A DNA stretch of 64,000 nt from contig OX597818.1 in the NCBI GenBank assembly GCA_951406725.2, forward strand, positions 65,038,001-65,102,000, in the 5' to 3' direction. This stretch comes from Octopus vulgaris (Eukaryota). The notes below the pieces were generated by a model. The model was given only the letters and a program-made list of their open reading frames with translations, ran no database searches and had not been told where the DNA came from. Each line of letters starts with the position of its first letter. Positions within the stretch are counted from its first letter, which is position 1. The position numbers and the translations under genes are program-made. This document shows positions 13,100 to 25,929 of the stretch, piece by piece.

Positions 13100-13700
13100 A
13101 TGGAGACATGTTACCACGCCGGGGGAAAGGCTTGGCGGTATTTCATCCGTCTTCATATTCTGAGTTAAAATTCCGCCGAGGTCAACTTTGCCTTTCATCA
13201 TTTCGGGGTCGATAAATTAAATATCAGTTTCGTATTGGAGGTCCCCTCACCAAAACCTTCGGACCATATGCCTAGTGTAGAAAAGAATGTATCTCTCATT
13301 ATAAGGCGGCGAGCTGGCTGAAGAATTAGCACACTGAGCGAAATGCTTTGCGGTATTTCGTCTGCCGTTACGTTCTGAGTTAAAATTCCGCCGACATCGA
13401 CTTTGCCTTTCATCCTTTCGGGGTCGGTTAAATGAGTACCAGTTACGCACTGGGGTCGATATAATCGACTTAATCCCTTTGTCTGTCCTTGTTTGTCCTA
13501 TCTGTGTGCCTCTTGTGTGTAGTAAAGAAATACGTATTTCGTCTCTCTTTACGTTTTCAGTTCAAATTCCGCCGGGGTCGACTTTGTCTTTCATCCTTTC
13601 GGTTTCGAAAAATTAAGTACCAGTTGCGTACTGGTGTAGATCTAATCAACTAGCGCCATCTCTAAAATTTTCGGCTCTTGTGCCTACACCAGAAAATAAT
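13100..13700 (+). mobile_element. Three tandem Meta-like tRNA-SINE units
   Basis: Three repeats of (G/C)AGTT.AAATTCCGCCG..GTC.ACTTTG.CTTTCATC.TTTCGG; head GGCGGCGAGCTGGCTGAA at 13305. Confidence 0.85.
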
Positions 13701-13858
13701 ATTCCCATGATAAATGGAAAATAACGACTTCTCTGCCATGACTTCTGCTACAATCATTCACTCATTACAGTTTGCTATGCTTATTCCCCACATTTATTCA
13801 GCTTTGATATGTATATCTATTTTTCAAATATAAGTAATAAATACAAAGTATACATATT

Positions 13859-14044
13859 TTAAATTATGATATTGATATAAATGTACTTCGAAAAATTTAA
13901 GATTAATAACGATGACAAAAATGATAAAATACTAGTTCTACTGAAGATAGATTTGCTTCCATTGAGCATTTCTAATTTGCGTTGTCTAAATTTCAATTCG
14001 AAAGGCAAATACGAAAATAGATAAATGTGTTTGCTTATATACAA
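13859..14044 (-). pseudogene. LRR relic (two consecutive LRR-like units)
   Basis: ORF track peptide RKLEMLNGSKSIFSRTSILSFLSSLLILNFSK shows two LxxLNxS motifs 22 aa apart. Confidence 0.4.
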
Positions 14045-14128
14045 TAAAGAAATTTTTATTTACTACTTTATTATTTACATACAAAAAACGAAATTATATG
14101 TGTAAACATAGATATATGTGTGTGTGTG

Positions 14129-14175
<47 letters not shown>

Positions 14176-14395
14176 TATATATATATATATATATATATAT
14201 GAATACACACAAACACACATAATATAATTCATAGAGAGTTACATGTCTTACTCTCATACGTAATTTTAATTCTATATACATATAGCCATGTCCACACACA
14301 TACATACATACATACATACATACATACATACATACATAAACTCATATAGACATATCTATGTACATACATACATGCTCACACATACACATACACAC

Positions 14396-14445
<50 letters not shown>

Positions 14446-15052
14446 CGTACGTATATACACGCACATTCACACACATAGAAGCCCATACATAGCACACACA
14501 ATCACGCGTGCCCCATGCATGTAAGTATATGGTATATTTCCTGATTTTTTTTTTGTACAGAATACATATTTGCGTCTGTATACGAGTAGGTTTTGAATAT
14601 ATTCCCATGTCAATTCTCGTTATCCTCCCCATTAAATTTTTTTTTTTGCTACTACAAAATATATTTTGTTTCAATTTGTATAGAACGCAAAACTTTATAA
14701 ATGATTAAATGACTTTATGTAATTTTGTCTTTCCTTTACAATGTTACACCAATAAATAAACTGCAAACAAAAGAAGTTCATGACTTCTGCAAATTGATGT
14801 TTGGGATCGCATATCATATTTGTACAATATTAAAAAATATATATATATGCGTGTGCGCGCGTATATGCATGTGTATCTACTTACACAGACACACTCACAC
14901 GCACACACACACACAAATGCTACATATCTATATAAAAGTATCTCCATCTATTTTCCTATATGCATACTTATATATACATACATTTTTGTATATATCTATA
15001 TGCATGTATAAATGCACATACATATATATACATGTATATATATATATATATA

Positions 15053-15390
15053 GGGTAAAGGGTAAAGACCCCCTTCGGTCATGAATGACCATGGGATTGC
15101 ACCTAGAAAGTTATCCTCCTAGACACAAGTCCGGGCAAGGTTGTTTATGGAAGACAAGCAGTCGCCCATGCATACCAGCCTCTCATCTCCATGCCACTGA
15201 TGTTATCCAAGGGAAAGACAAAGGTCGATACAGCTTGGCACCAGTGACGTCGCAACTCATTTCTACAGCTGAGTGAACTGGAGCAACGTGAAATAAAGTG
15301 CCTTGCTCGAAAACACAACACGCAGCCCGGTCCGGGATTCGAGCTCACAACCTCACGATCGTAAGCTCGACGCTCTAACCACTGAGCCAT
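15053..15390 (-). mobile_element. tRNA-derived SINE (third family)
   Basis: Head TGGCTCAGTGGTTAGAGCG..GAGCTCGAATCCC, central GAGCAAGGCACTTTATTTCAC..CACTCAGCTGTAGAAATGAG, (TTTACCC) tail. Confidence 0.85.
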
Positions 15391-15459
15391 ATATATATAT
15401 ATATACATGTGTGTGTGTGTGCGTGTGTTTATGTATATATGTATATATGCGTGTAGTTT

Positions 15460-15645
15460 TGTTTGTGTGTGTTCCCTGAACCTTACTTGCCAACCGATAC
15501 TGGTGTGTTTGCGTCACTGATACTTAGCGGTTCGGCAAACGAAACAGATAGAATAAGTACTAGGCTTACAAAGGATAAGTCTGGGAGACGATTTACTCGA
15601 CTAAAGGCGGTGCTTCGCAGTCAAATGACTGAAACAATTAAAGAA
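15460..15645 (+). mobile_element. 3' part of the SINE family seen at 33813-34207
   Basis: ACTTAGCGGTTCGGCAAA..GATAGAATAAGTACTAGGCTTAC..CGACTAAAGGCGGTGCT..CAGTCAAATGACTGAAAC. Confidence 0.8.
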
Positions 15646-15929
15646 TATATATATATATATATAAATATGTAAAGGCTCATGGCTTAGTGGTTTCGACGGT
15701 ACACTCACGATTGTGTGAACAACCACCACGAAACCAATTGTTCTACCTGTTGATTCGATTGATTCACAAACCCCCATACAAAACATGGAAAAATTATTTT
15801 TTTAAAACGATACGAAATTAAAATAATTTCAATGTCAAGATTAGCAAAATGGAAACCGGTCGACAAACACAATACTTTTCACTTAAATATTTTATTAAAA
15901 AAATATATTAAAACTATTAAATTTATATT

Positions 15930-15997
<68 letters not shown>

Positions 15998-16162
15998 TTT
16001 ATCTAAAAACAGCAGAAAATTCAACAAAACCTGTTACTCTGAGTTTCACGTTACAACAGGTTTTGTTGAATTTTCTGCTGCTTTTAAATAAAGCATATTA
16101 CACTGCCTATGGTATTTGAGTACTCTTTTTTCCACCTTGTTTCACATTTATGTGTTTACTCC

Positions 16163-16166
<4 letters not shown>
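15998..16166 (+). mobile_element. Truncated inverted copy of the hammerhead-bearing element at 25012-25808
   Basis: Hairpin AGCAGAAAATTCAACAAAACCTGT/ACAGGTTTTGTTGAATTTTCTGCT with a loop holding the 3' half of the ribozyme (rc CGTGAAACTCAGAGTA). Tail matches the reverse complement of 25012-25090; flanked by (TA)n. Confidence 0.8.
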
Positions 16167-16223
<57 letters not shown>

Positions 16224-16277
16224 GAAATATTAAAATCACTAAGTCTCTATAAAAGAGATTACGACAGCGTTTGGTGG

Positions 16278-16608
16278 AAATTAATTGTTATCGCCATATT
16301 ATTATGGCATTCTTATAGATATAAGAATAATCGCTGCCGCTGGTCAGCTCCATGAGGCCACCACCTTAAGATAGCTATTGATACACGATCTGTATCCATT
16401 ATAACCTTCGAACAAGGGAGGTCAGCCGCTTCACACTGCCAGTCCGACAGCTACAGACGCGTTTCGAGGTATTGTCGAAGGTTATAATGGATACAGATCG
16501 TATATCAATAGCTATCTTAAGGCGGTGGCATTAATGGAGCTGACCAGCGGCAGCGATTACTCTTATATCTATAAGAATGCCATATTAATATGGCGATAAC
16601 AATTAATT
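16278..16608. repeat. About 130-bp inverted repeat in (TA)n with a half-hammerhead in the spacer
   Basis: 16278-16411 is the reverse complement of about 16476-16608; spacer reverse complement contains GAAACGCGTC. Confidence 0.8.
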
Positions 16609-16719
16609 TATATATATATAAGGGACGTGCCTTCCAGGTAGGTAGTACTTACCTTGAATAAAATAGATCGATAAACGCATACATACATACATATATATAT
16701 GTATGTATATATATATATC

Positions 16720-16839
<120 letters not shown>

Positions 16840-16889
16840 ATATATATATATATATATGTATGTATATATACACAGATGTGTGTGTGTGT

Positions 16890-17060
16890 GCACTGCATTC
16901 TTTTAGTAATGAAATTTATTAGGTACGTTCGAAGTTTATAAATTACACGTAATATCAGCAATACAATGGCGTCGTGCACAATAATTTCGGAAATATCGGT
17001 TAATTTACACAACCACTTCCCCAGGAATGACATTCTTACGTCAAATCCAGGGAATGCTAA
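16890..17060 (-). pseudogene. TLR-like transmembrane/juxtamembrane relic
   Basis: [40 protein letters not shown]: hydrophobic helix ending in the YKxR motif typical of TLRs. Confidence 0.4.
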
Positions 17061-18426
17061 TCTAAATTTACGTTATCCTCTCCCAATACATCGTACCTCT
17101 TACCGGCTCGTTAAATACATAACTCAGTTCCTGACGTAAGGTTTAATTATATTCACACATGACTCTTATAATTGTGCGTGGATAATCAGTCGTATATTTG
17201 GTAGGTAACCTTGAAATATCTCACAAATCATTTACGAGATGATCACCATGAAATTCCGATGCAAGATTAGATTTGTGCTTCGGATTTACATAATATATTC
17301 TTATTAACTCTGCAGTTAAAATGAAGGCTTTTGTGCTCAGACAGGTTACAGTACGAAATATGCTGATACAAGAAAATCAGGGTTGTGTCATTTCTTCGCC
17401 AGATTTTGAAGATGCTGCGGCGTTACTAAATTTTGCTGTGGTAGGAGTCAATATTCCTGCATTCTTCCTTCCCTTTTTTCTTCTTTTCATCCTCTTTTAC
17501 TCTCTCCTTCCCCTAGTCCATCAGCCCCATATCCTCTCTTCCTCCTCTCCCTTGGCCTCTTCTTTCTCCTCCCTCTGTTCTTCTTGTTTCTATTTTTCAT
17601 GTCTTTCTCTTTATTTACTCCATGTCCACTCCTCACCACTTTTCCTTCCGTATTCTTCTCTCCTCTTTTTTCATCTTCTGTCTCCCTCTCTCCACTACTT
17701 GTATTTTTTCCTTTCTGCTTTATACTTATTATTTTTCATCTTCTCCATCCTCTAAACACCGACCGTTTTATCGTAACTACCAAGTTCCACTGAGCCTTTG
17801 TGTCATTCGGTTACAATGGATATTTTCCAGAAACCTTCAACTTTGTTGACCTAGAAATGAAGAAATGACCAGATATGTTGAAGACGGGGCGGGGGAGGGC
17901 GAAAGAGATTCTGCCATACTTGCGCGGTGACAGAGAATATCATCTTACATGAGCTTCTTCCAGTTCTGTCAAGTTCTGACAGGCTACTTTCAGTTTTCGT
18001 TTACCAAACCCACTCACAATACTTTGGCCGGTACCAAGATATAGTAGAAGACACTTTCCCAATGTGCCTCGCAGTGAGATTGAACGCAGAGACATGTAGT
18101 TTAGAAGAAAGCTTCTTACCATGCTGTTACGCCTATATATATAGGCTAAGCTATTCATCGTTTGAACAACACCGGTTAACGATGAATAGCTTAGCGTAAA
18201 CCATGGTCCGTTTTGTTCTCTTACTTTATTATCATCTCATAATCATCTCATAATAATGACTTTTATGACTCGTATTACTACCTCAGTCAATCTAAATGTA
18301 TATATTTGTCTTTACCTGTCATAAATTGACTTTTTGTTTATTTGAAATGTGAATTTTCGTTGATTTTTCATATTTTACCCTTACATTTCCACGTGTATTT
18401 TATATTTTCTGTTCGTAACATATTTC

Positions 18427-18523
<97 letters not shown>

Positions 18524-18833
18524 ATATTAGATGTATATATATATATATATATTATATTAGAGATGAATATATATATATATATATATTATATTTGATGTAT
18601 ATATATATATATATACTTGAGCTTTAAGGCATATGTCTATTGTTTAGTCTACGTTGTGCTATCCAGAGTAACGATATAATTTTCACTGCATTTACGTCAG
18701 GAAATCCGCAGTGCTTGTTGATTTTATACTTAATAAGGGAATTAAATCCAACTTCCGTTTCCTTTATCAGCTGTAAATGGATGTGTGTGTGTGTATCTAT
18801 ATATAATGCACACACAGAAGTGCATTCGCGCAA

Positions 18834-18882
<49 letters not shown>

Positions 18883-19415
18883 TGTACATTTTTTTCTATT
18901 TTTCCTTCCTTCACTGTCTGGATTCTGCTTCTTTGTGTTCGCGTCCCCGGACACTACCATAAACTATCCATACGTCTGCCGAAAGCGAGACAAACACTAC
19001 CAGACTTTTAAATATGTATTCGAGTCGATGTGTTCAAGCGAAAGCCTTCAGGACCGTGTTCTCGCGTGAACACACCCCACGAAGAGAGAGAATCAGAAAA
19101 GAGTGTTGGGAAACTCAGCTGAACAATATCTTTGAGGTCTTATGCCTAGGGAACTCTTCGTCAGTACTTAACAATACAGAGATTTCTACAGCAAAACTCA
19201 ACAAATGTGCAAGCCATCTTTAGTTTGTAATTACTGTTCAAGCAATTATACCTCAATGAGACTCTCTTCTTAGCGGAATACGGCAAACAGCCGCAATATT
19301 AACGACGATCTGTAATGAAATAAATCAGTTGTGATAGGGTTTAAGATAAGGTTCTCATGTGGAGATTAGAGTTCCCCTTTTCTCTCTCACCCGCCACAGT
19401 ACTCTCTCTCTCTCT

Positions 19416-19479
<64 letters not shown>

Positions 19480-19510
19480 CATACATATATATTTCTATAT
19501 GTATATATGC

Positions 19511-19562
<52 letters not shown>

Positions 19563-19647
19563 GCATATATATAGATGAATATGTTTTCATGTGCATATAT
19601 AGAGGCATCTATATATATATGTATATATATATATCTATATAACATAT

Positions 19648-19701
<54 letters not shown>

Positions 19702-19710
19702 ATCTATCTA

Positions 19711-19776
<66 letters not shown>

Positions 19777-19899
19777 TCAGCAGAGATATAAGTAAGTGTA
19801 TGAAGGAGACAACATGTAAATATAGCAAAGATATGAAGAGATAAATAAATAGTATGAATTAGATACAGAAATGGACAGCATGAATGCAAGAAAGCATGA

Positions 19900-20600
19900 A
19901 TGCTAAAATGTAACGGGGAAAGCTGAGATAGGCCATTGAAATGGTAATGTTTTCAAGACAAGGACAAGGTATTAAATCAAATATTTCTCTGACTTCCACA
20001 ATCAGCTACTTGAATACAATAAAAAATATTCTTATTCTATTGAGAAAAGAGTCATTAAAGGCTATCTTTTGACTACAAATATTTCTTCGAGATTCAATGG
20101 AATTGTATAACAGATCTCATACAGAATAATTGGTTATTAAATTTAGCCATGAATGAAATGTTTTTTCAAAAGATTTGGCAGTAATTGCATTTTTGAGGTT
20201 GCAATTCTGCGAGGTTTTATTTTATTTATCCTTTTTTTTTTTTGCAAGTTTTGTTTTTGAATTTTTTGTTATATATTTCCCCTCTTTTATTTTCTTCATC
20301 CATTTTTTATTGCATGCTTGTTCCAATTTTTGCGATTGTATCTATTTATGGTTTTGGGCATTTGGATTTTTCCTTCCATATTTTCCTTAATATCAGTGAA
20401 ACCCAACGTATATATATTTTTTATTAATGTTTATATGAATAAAAATCATATAAGAACAAATTGAATTCAACCTCTAATAAATTCATGAATGCTTTAAAAT
20501 GCATACTATCTTTTTTATATATAAATATCACACAATCTCAGAAATATTCAGTCGAATCCAATTATGTTATTTGTTTCATTTTTTTCTTCTATTTTTTCAC
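19900..20600 (-). pseudogene. LRR ectodomain relic (TLR array member)
   Basis: MKQIT*LDS, FKAFMNLLEV, NAITAKSFEKTF, YSV*DLLYNSIES and PCLENITIS. Confidence 0.45.
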
Positions 20601-20644
20601 AATTTCTTATATAATTTTCTTTATTATTTTCAACCTCAATGTGG

Positions 20645-20928
20645 ATTAATGCGTTTCGGTGTAATTTTCAAAATAGATTGACAACGTTTGAAAACTCGTT
20701 TGAGGACGATGTACAAGGGTAATTGAAAACCATGTGTAAGTTACAGGGAAAATGTTGTTTAAACATCTCGTCTCCAATATGTGTCTCTGCATTGGGCAGA
20801 ATTAAACATAAGATGCGCAGTTGACTACAAGTCCTTTCAACACGTCCCACTTATTTAAAAATTTACTTTCAAACATAAGCTTAATGAAATACCATAGTTA
20901 AATTTATAATACTTAGCAATATATAAAT

Positions 20929-21000
<72 letters not shown>

Positions 21001-21420
21001 ACAAACACACACAAACACACACATATATATATATATATATAGGTTATGAGAGGTAATGGTGTCAGTGAGACCCAAAAGTGTCAGGTAATGCTGAGTAAGT
21101 GCTATAGATAGACCATAGTTGAATTCCAGGTTCGGAGACTATGCGAATAAGGGGTCCAGCACATGTCATATTACACAGTCTTGGTTTCTTTTATCTCATT
21201 ACGGAAAAAATATTATGTGTGTGTTTGTGTACTACTTATTTGTCATATATTCAGAGAAATTTCTGGAATGATTGCAATAATAACAGGCCATATGTAATGC
21301 TATGTTATAATATCGACTACACATTGCAAGAAAACTTAAATATTGGACTTTTATTTGAAGGTAACAACAATATAAACGCAGCCAATCGTAATGTAAAAAC
21401 TGGATTTGCTAAATCTGCGT
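20645..21420 (-). pseudogene. TLR TM + TIR relic interrupted by repeats
   Basis: FYITIGCVYIVVTFK (TM), IYDK*VVH (box 1-like), LSLCLKVNF (box 2-like), RHILETRCLNNIFPV and LF*KLHRNAL (box 3 FWxxLxxAL with TGG>TGA). Confidence 0.5.
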
Positions 21421-21453
21421 TTAGTATCGGAAATATAATGATAAAATATATAC

Positions 21454-21553
<100 letters not shown>

Positions 21554-21564
21554 TCAATTATTCT

Positions 21565-21770
21565 TTTACTCTTTTATTTGATTCAGTCATTTGGCTGTGG
21601 CCATGTTGGAGCACTGCTTTTAGTCGAGCACATCGACCTCAGGACTTATTCTATTAAGCCTAGTACTTATTCTATCGGTCTCTTTTTGCCGAAACGGGGG
21701 ACGTAAACACACCAGCATCGGTTGTCAAGCGATGTTGGGGGGACAAACACAGACACACAAAGAAATACAC
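21565..21770 (-). mobile_element. SINE 3' part (33813 family)
   Basis: Near match to 33830-34030. Confidence 0.85.
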
Positions 21771-21781
21771 ACATACATACA

Positions 21782-21847
<66 letters not shown>

Positions 21848-21943
21848 GAATGTTTCTTTCTTCATCCATTTGAGGTCAAGAGATTATATCGTTATATCTG
21901 TCTATACAGACAATAATAGAAGTTTGCCTTTGTTGCAATATGG

Positions 21944-21993
<50 letters not shown>

Positions 21994-22034
21994 CTTTATT
22001 TTATTTTCGACATATGTTTCTACACGGATAGTTA

Positions 22035-22745
22035 TATAGGAAAAATAGAACTTAAAAATGCTCTGAGAATAGTTAAAATATTGTTATATAAATATTTGAA
22101 GCTTTAAGCGGTTTCAGAGTTTTCACAGATTTTCAAAACGTTCAAGTAGAAAGGCACAGGTTATGTCGCAACTCTCTTGCTTTGACTAGAGTTTGAAGTT
22201 TACATTGTTTTTATAAGATGTGCCTGGCTCTAATTGGTATATCTTTTGAATAAGATTTGATTTTTAGGCGCATAATATACTGTCACGTGACACTAACCCA
22301 TAGATGTAGCGGGAAACATACTAATGGTTGTAAATTTAATCATGTGTTCATTCTCCGCAAACACTCGACAGAAAACATTTAGAGCATTGATTGTTTGAAT
22401 TTGTTCAGTCAACCGTATCAGACTTAACTTACGATGCCAAACATTGTCACTTGACACTAACATACGGACGTCGCGGGGAACCTACAAAAATCCCTAATTC
22501 CACTCATGTGACCATCCTCTACCCATCAATACCAATAAGGATCTGAGCCAAGACCTCATTATTAAAAACTCCGCAAACTTCAAACACTGCTCAGAAGCAA
22601 TATAGCTGCAATATAAACCACGTCATTGTATTTGAAATATTTGAAAATGAGTGGAATTATGAAAACGGTTAAAGCTTTAAATATTTTAATAACAAATATT
22701 CAAACTATTCTCAATGCATTTTCAACTCCTATTTTTCTTATACAT
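22035..22745. repeat. Old diverged inverted repeat (about 200-bp arms) flanked by (TA)n
   Basis: 22035-22232 is the diverged reverse complement of about 22543-22745. Internal direct repeat TGTCAC.TGACACTAA at 22281 and 22445. Confidence 0.65.
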
Positions 22746-22767
22746 ATATATATATATATATATTTAT

Positions 22768-23915
22768 CGTTGCTCACACGTGACCATCATCCATCTTTCT
22801 TTTCCTCACGTGACGCTATTTCTTTTCTTGCACAGATTTTCAAATGAGTGGACGTATGTGTTTCTCTTTTCTATCTTTTCTCTTTCAAAGAATATATTTT
22901 CCCAGCATTCACTATTTTCCTCTCATTCTGGTCTAATGACCCTCCATGTTTGTTTTCGTTTTGTTTCCTTGTATGTCTCAGCTGTCCTTGTTTTCTTCCC
23001 AACTTTGACCCTCTATAAATCCTAAATTTATTTTAGAATTGATGGGAGCAACTATCTTCGGAGACTCGTATTTTCGTTGAATGCTCGAAATGAGGAGTAG
23101 ATAGCCGACAACTGGTGAAGTGTCCTTTCTCTTTGTTTACTTGCCCTGCTTTCCACTTTCATCTCGTACGTATTTTACTCGTTTGTTAATGTATTTCTTG
23201 ATTGCTTACACTGATGGTGATGTCCTATACCCTTATATGCACACACACACACACACACACACACACAATATATATATATACATATTTATTATTATCATTT
23301 AATCGAAAGCCACGCATCCATTTTCAGGTAACTTTATCTTCAGCTTTTTGATGGGACTCTTTTATTCCTCCATCCACGTCTAATTCAACTTTCCTCCCCT
23401 CCCTCTTTCATCGGTCTCTATCTGTCTCACTCTCTCTCCTTGCTTCGTTTTTTCTCTCTCTCTTCCGTTGCTCACACGTGACCATCGTCCATCTTTCTTT
23501 TCCTCACGAGACCCACTTTATTTTTTTCCACAGACGTTCAAAAGTGTGGACGAGATTTTTTTCTCACTTTTCTAACTTTTCTCTTTTTAAAGAATTTATT
23601 TTTCCTAGCGTTCATTATTTTCCTCTCGTTCTGGTCTAAAACCCTCCATGTTTGTTTTCGTTCTGTTTCCTTGTATACCTCTACTATTCTGTTTTTGTTC
23701 CCAACTTTGACCGGCCATAACTCCGAAATTTTATTTTAGAATTCGAGAGAGCAACTGCTTTTGAAGACTTATTTTATTGTTGAATGCTTGAAATGAGGAG
23801 CAGAGAGACAGCGAAAACTGAAGAAGGGTCTTTCCCTGTGTTTTCTTGTCCTGACTTACATTTCTTTCTCTCGTTGTTTACCTATATCATGTTGCTTGCA
23901 CCGTTGGTAACATCT
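22768..23915 (+). repeat. Two direct copies of an approximately 440-bp pyrimidine-rich repeat
   Basis: 22768-23210 and 23467-23915 share GTTGCTCACACGTGACCATC...CCCTCCATGTTTGTTTTCGTT...GTTGAATGCT.GAAATGAGGAG. Confidence 0.85.
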
Positions 23916-23927
23916 TGTACTATTATA

Positions 23928-23964
<37 letters not shown>

Positions 23965-24478
23965 CATATATATTATATATATGTAATAATAAAGATATAT
24001 ATTATTTATTATTACATATATAGAGAGAGCGGTATAGAGAGAGAGAGAGTGAGAAAGAGGGAGACAGAGAGAGAGAGGCTGTTTTCAGGATAGACGTACG
24101 TTGGAGAATTAGATCGTATTTTCATATGTAATACGATAAGTGAAATGAATATATGACATAGGAATACTTAATGGAATTTCCATTTGGTATTCAAAGTTAT
24201 GGCCTAAAGTATTTTCATTTAATCAGTGTATAATTAATAATAGGTAGTATTACGTCGCACCAACAACGATAATTAATTCTTATTAACGAAGCATTTCCTT
24301 CGGTTTTATCAGATCTTATAAATTGCTCAGTCTTCAATATATCACACGCTATCTGTACTGTAAGCAAAATAACATATTCCAATGAAGCACACACGCGCGA
24401 ACACACGAACACACAGCTACATAAATACATAAAAGTGTGTATAAATTTATATATATATACATATACACACATATATAT

Positions 24479-24535
<57 letters not shown>

Positions 24536-24539
24536 TATT

Positions 24540-24969
24540 AAAATTAAAATGAGGGTGAAAAATTGGATATTAATTTGATAACATCAATTATAACACCAGT
24601 GGTCTAGCATATAAAAAAAGTGAGGTTCAGCAAATATAAGAGGGAATTTTACCACTGTGTGGAAACCCTTATGCTAGAAGAAGATCCGCTATGGTCTTAA
24701 CAACTAAGAATTGTTCTCTAGAAAATTTAGCAAGCACCAGAAAGCTAAGCGACCACGAGAAATGAAATGTAACAAAAATATAGATTAATCATATGCACAT
24801 GTTTCGCTATCAACAAATTACGATTAATCTATATTTTTGTTACTTTTCATTTGTCTTGGTCGCTTACGTTTCTGGTGCTTGCTAAATTTTCTAGAGAACA
24901 ATTATTAGTTGCTAAGACCATAGCGGATCTTCTTCTAGCATAAGAGTTTCCACATTGTGGTAAAATTCC

Positions 24970-24975
<6 letters not shown>
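24540..24975. mobile_element. TA-embedded short element with a 5'-inverted duplication (PLE-like architecture)
   Basis: Arms 24640-24790 and 24822-24973 are reverse complements; bounded by (TA)n on both sides. Confidence 0.7.
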
Positions 24976-25014
<39 letters not shown>

Positions 25015-25111
25015 GGAGTAAACACATAAATGTGAAACAAGGTGGAAAAAAGAGTACTCAAATACCAGTGGTAGAGTAATATGCTTTATTTTAAGCAGCA
25101 GAAAATTCAAC

Positions 25112-25157
25112 AAAATCTGTTACTCTGAGTTTCTCGTTGCCGTTCATCAGACAGTTT
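25112..25157 (-). ncRNA. Minimal type-I hammerhead ribozyme (inverted copy)
   Basis: Exact reverse complement of the 25733-25779 motif. Confidence 0.7.
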
Positions 25158-25732
25158 TTGCTAGAATGGAACTGATATATCAATTCAATCTATACTCTTA
25201 CACGCTACACCTTTAAAGAAATGGACTTGTTTGATTTTTAGAAAAAACGGTCAATTCGAGCGATAAACAAAAAGGTCAAAAATATATGTATATATCTATA
25301 AAAAACTTATAAAAATTATAAAATCGAGGAAAAACCTATTGACGTTAATGAAGACAGTGCAAATTAATGCATAGAAATTAAACCTGTTATAATACTGCAA
25401 TACATATTTATATTAAAATCTACATACATATATGTATGTTGATATATATATATGTAGATTTTAATATAAATATGTATTGCAGTATTTATAACAGGTTTAA
25501 TTTCTATGCATTAATTTGCACTGTCTTCATTAACGTCAATAGGTTTTTTCCTCGGATTTTATAATTTTTATAAGTTTTTTATATATATATACATATATTT
25601 TTGACCTTTTTGTTTATCGCTCGAAGATTGACCGTTTTTTCTAAAGGGCCAATCAAACAAGTCCATTTCTTTTTAAAGGTGTAGCGTTTGTAAGAGTATA
25701 GATTGAATTGATATATCAGTTCCATTCTAGCA

Positions 25733-25779
25733 AAAACTGTCTGATGAACGGCAACGAGAAACTCAGAGTAACAGATTTT
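25733..25779 (+). ncRNA. Minimal type-I hammerhead ribozyme
   Basis: aaaaCTGT-CTGATGA-ACG gcaa CGA-GAAAC-TCAGA-GTA-ACAGatttt: GUA triplet, GNRA-capped stem II with an A:A mismatch at its base (the 16045 copy has CGT). Confidence 0.7.
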
Positions 25780-25806
25780 GTTGAATTTTCTGCTGCTTAA
25801 AATAAA

Positions 25807-25876
<70 letters not shown>

Positions 25877-25929
25877 GCAGTAAAAAACCTCTGAGACCAT
25901 ATAATTATTTTAGACTCATCGCTATACCG

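Larger units (their letters stand above)
25012..25808. mobile_element. Palindromic TA-embedded element carrying two outward-facing hammerhead motifs
   Basis: About 25084-25426 is the reverse complement of about 25451-25807. The tail 25012-25083 is present only on the left arm. Confidence 0.85.

Noticed and set aside
19120-19170. Minus-strand CTGACGA as a hammerhead
   Set aside because: GAAA box and stem I are not intact; too degenerate to call.
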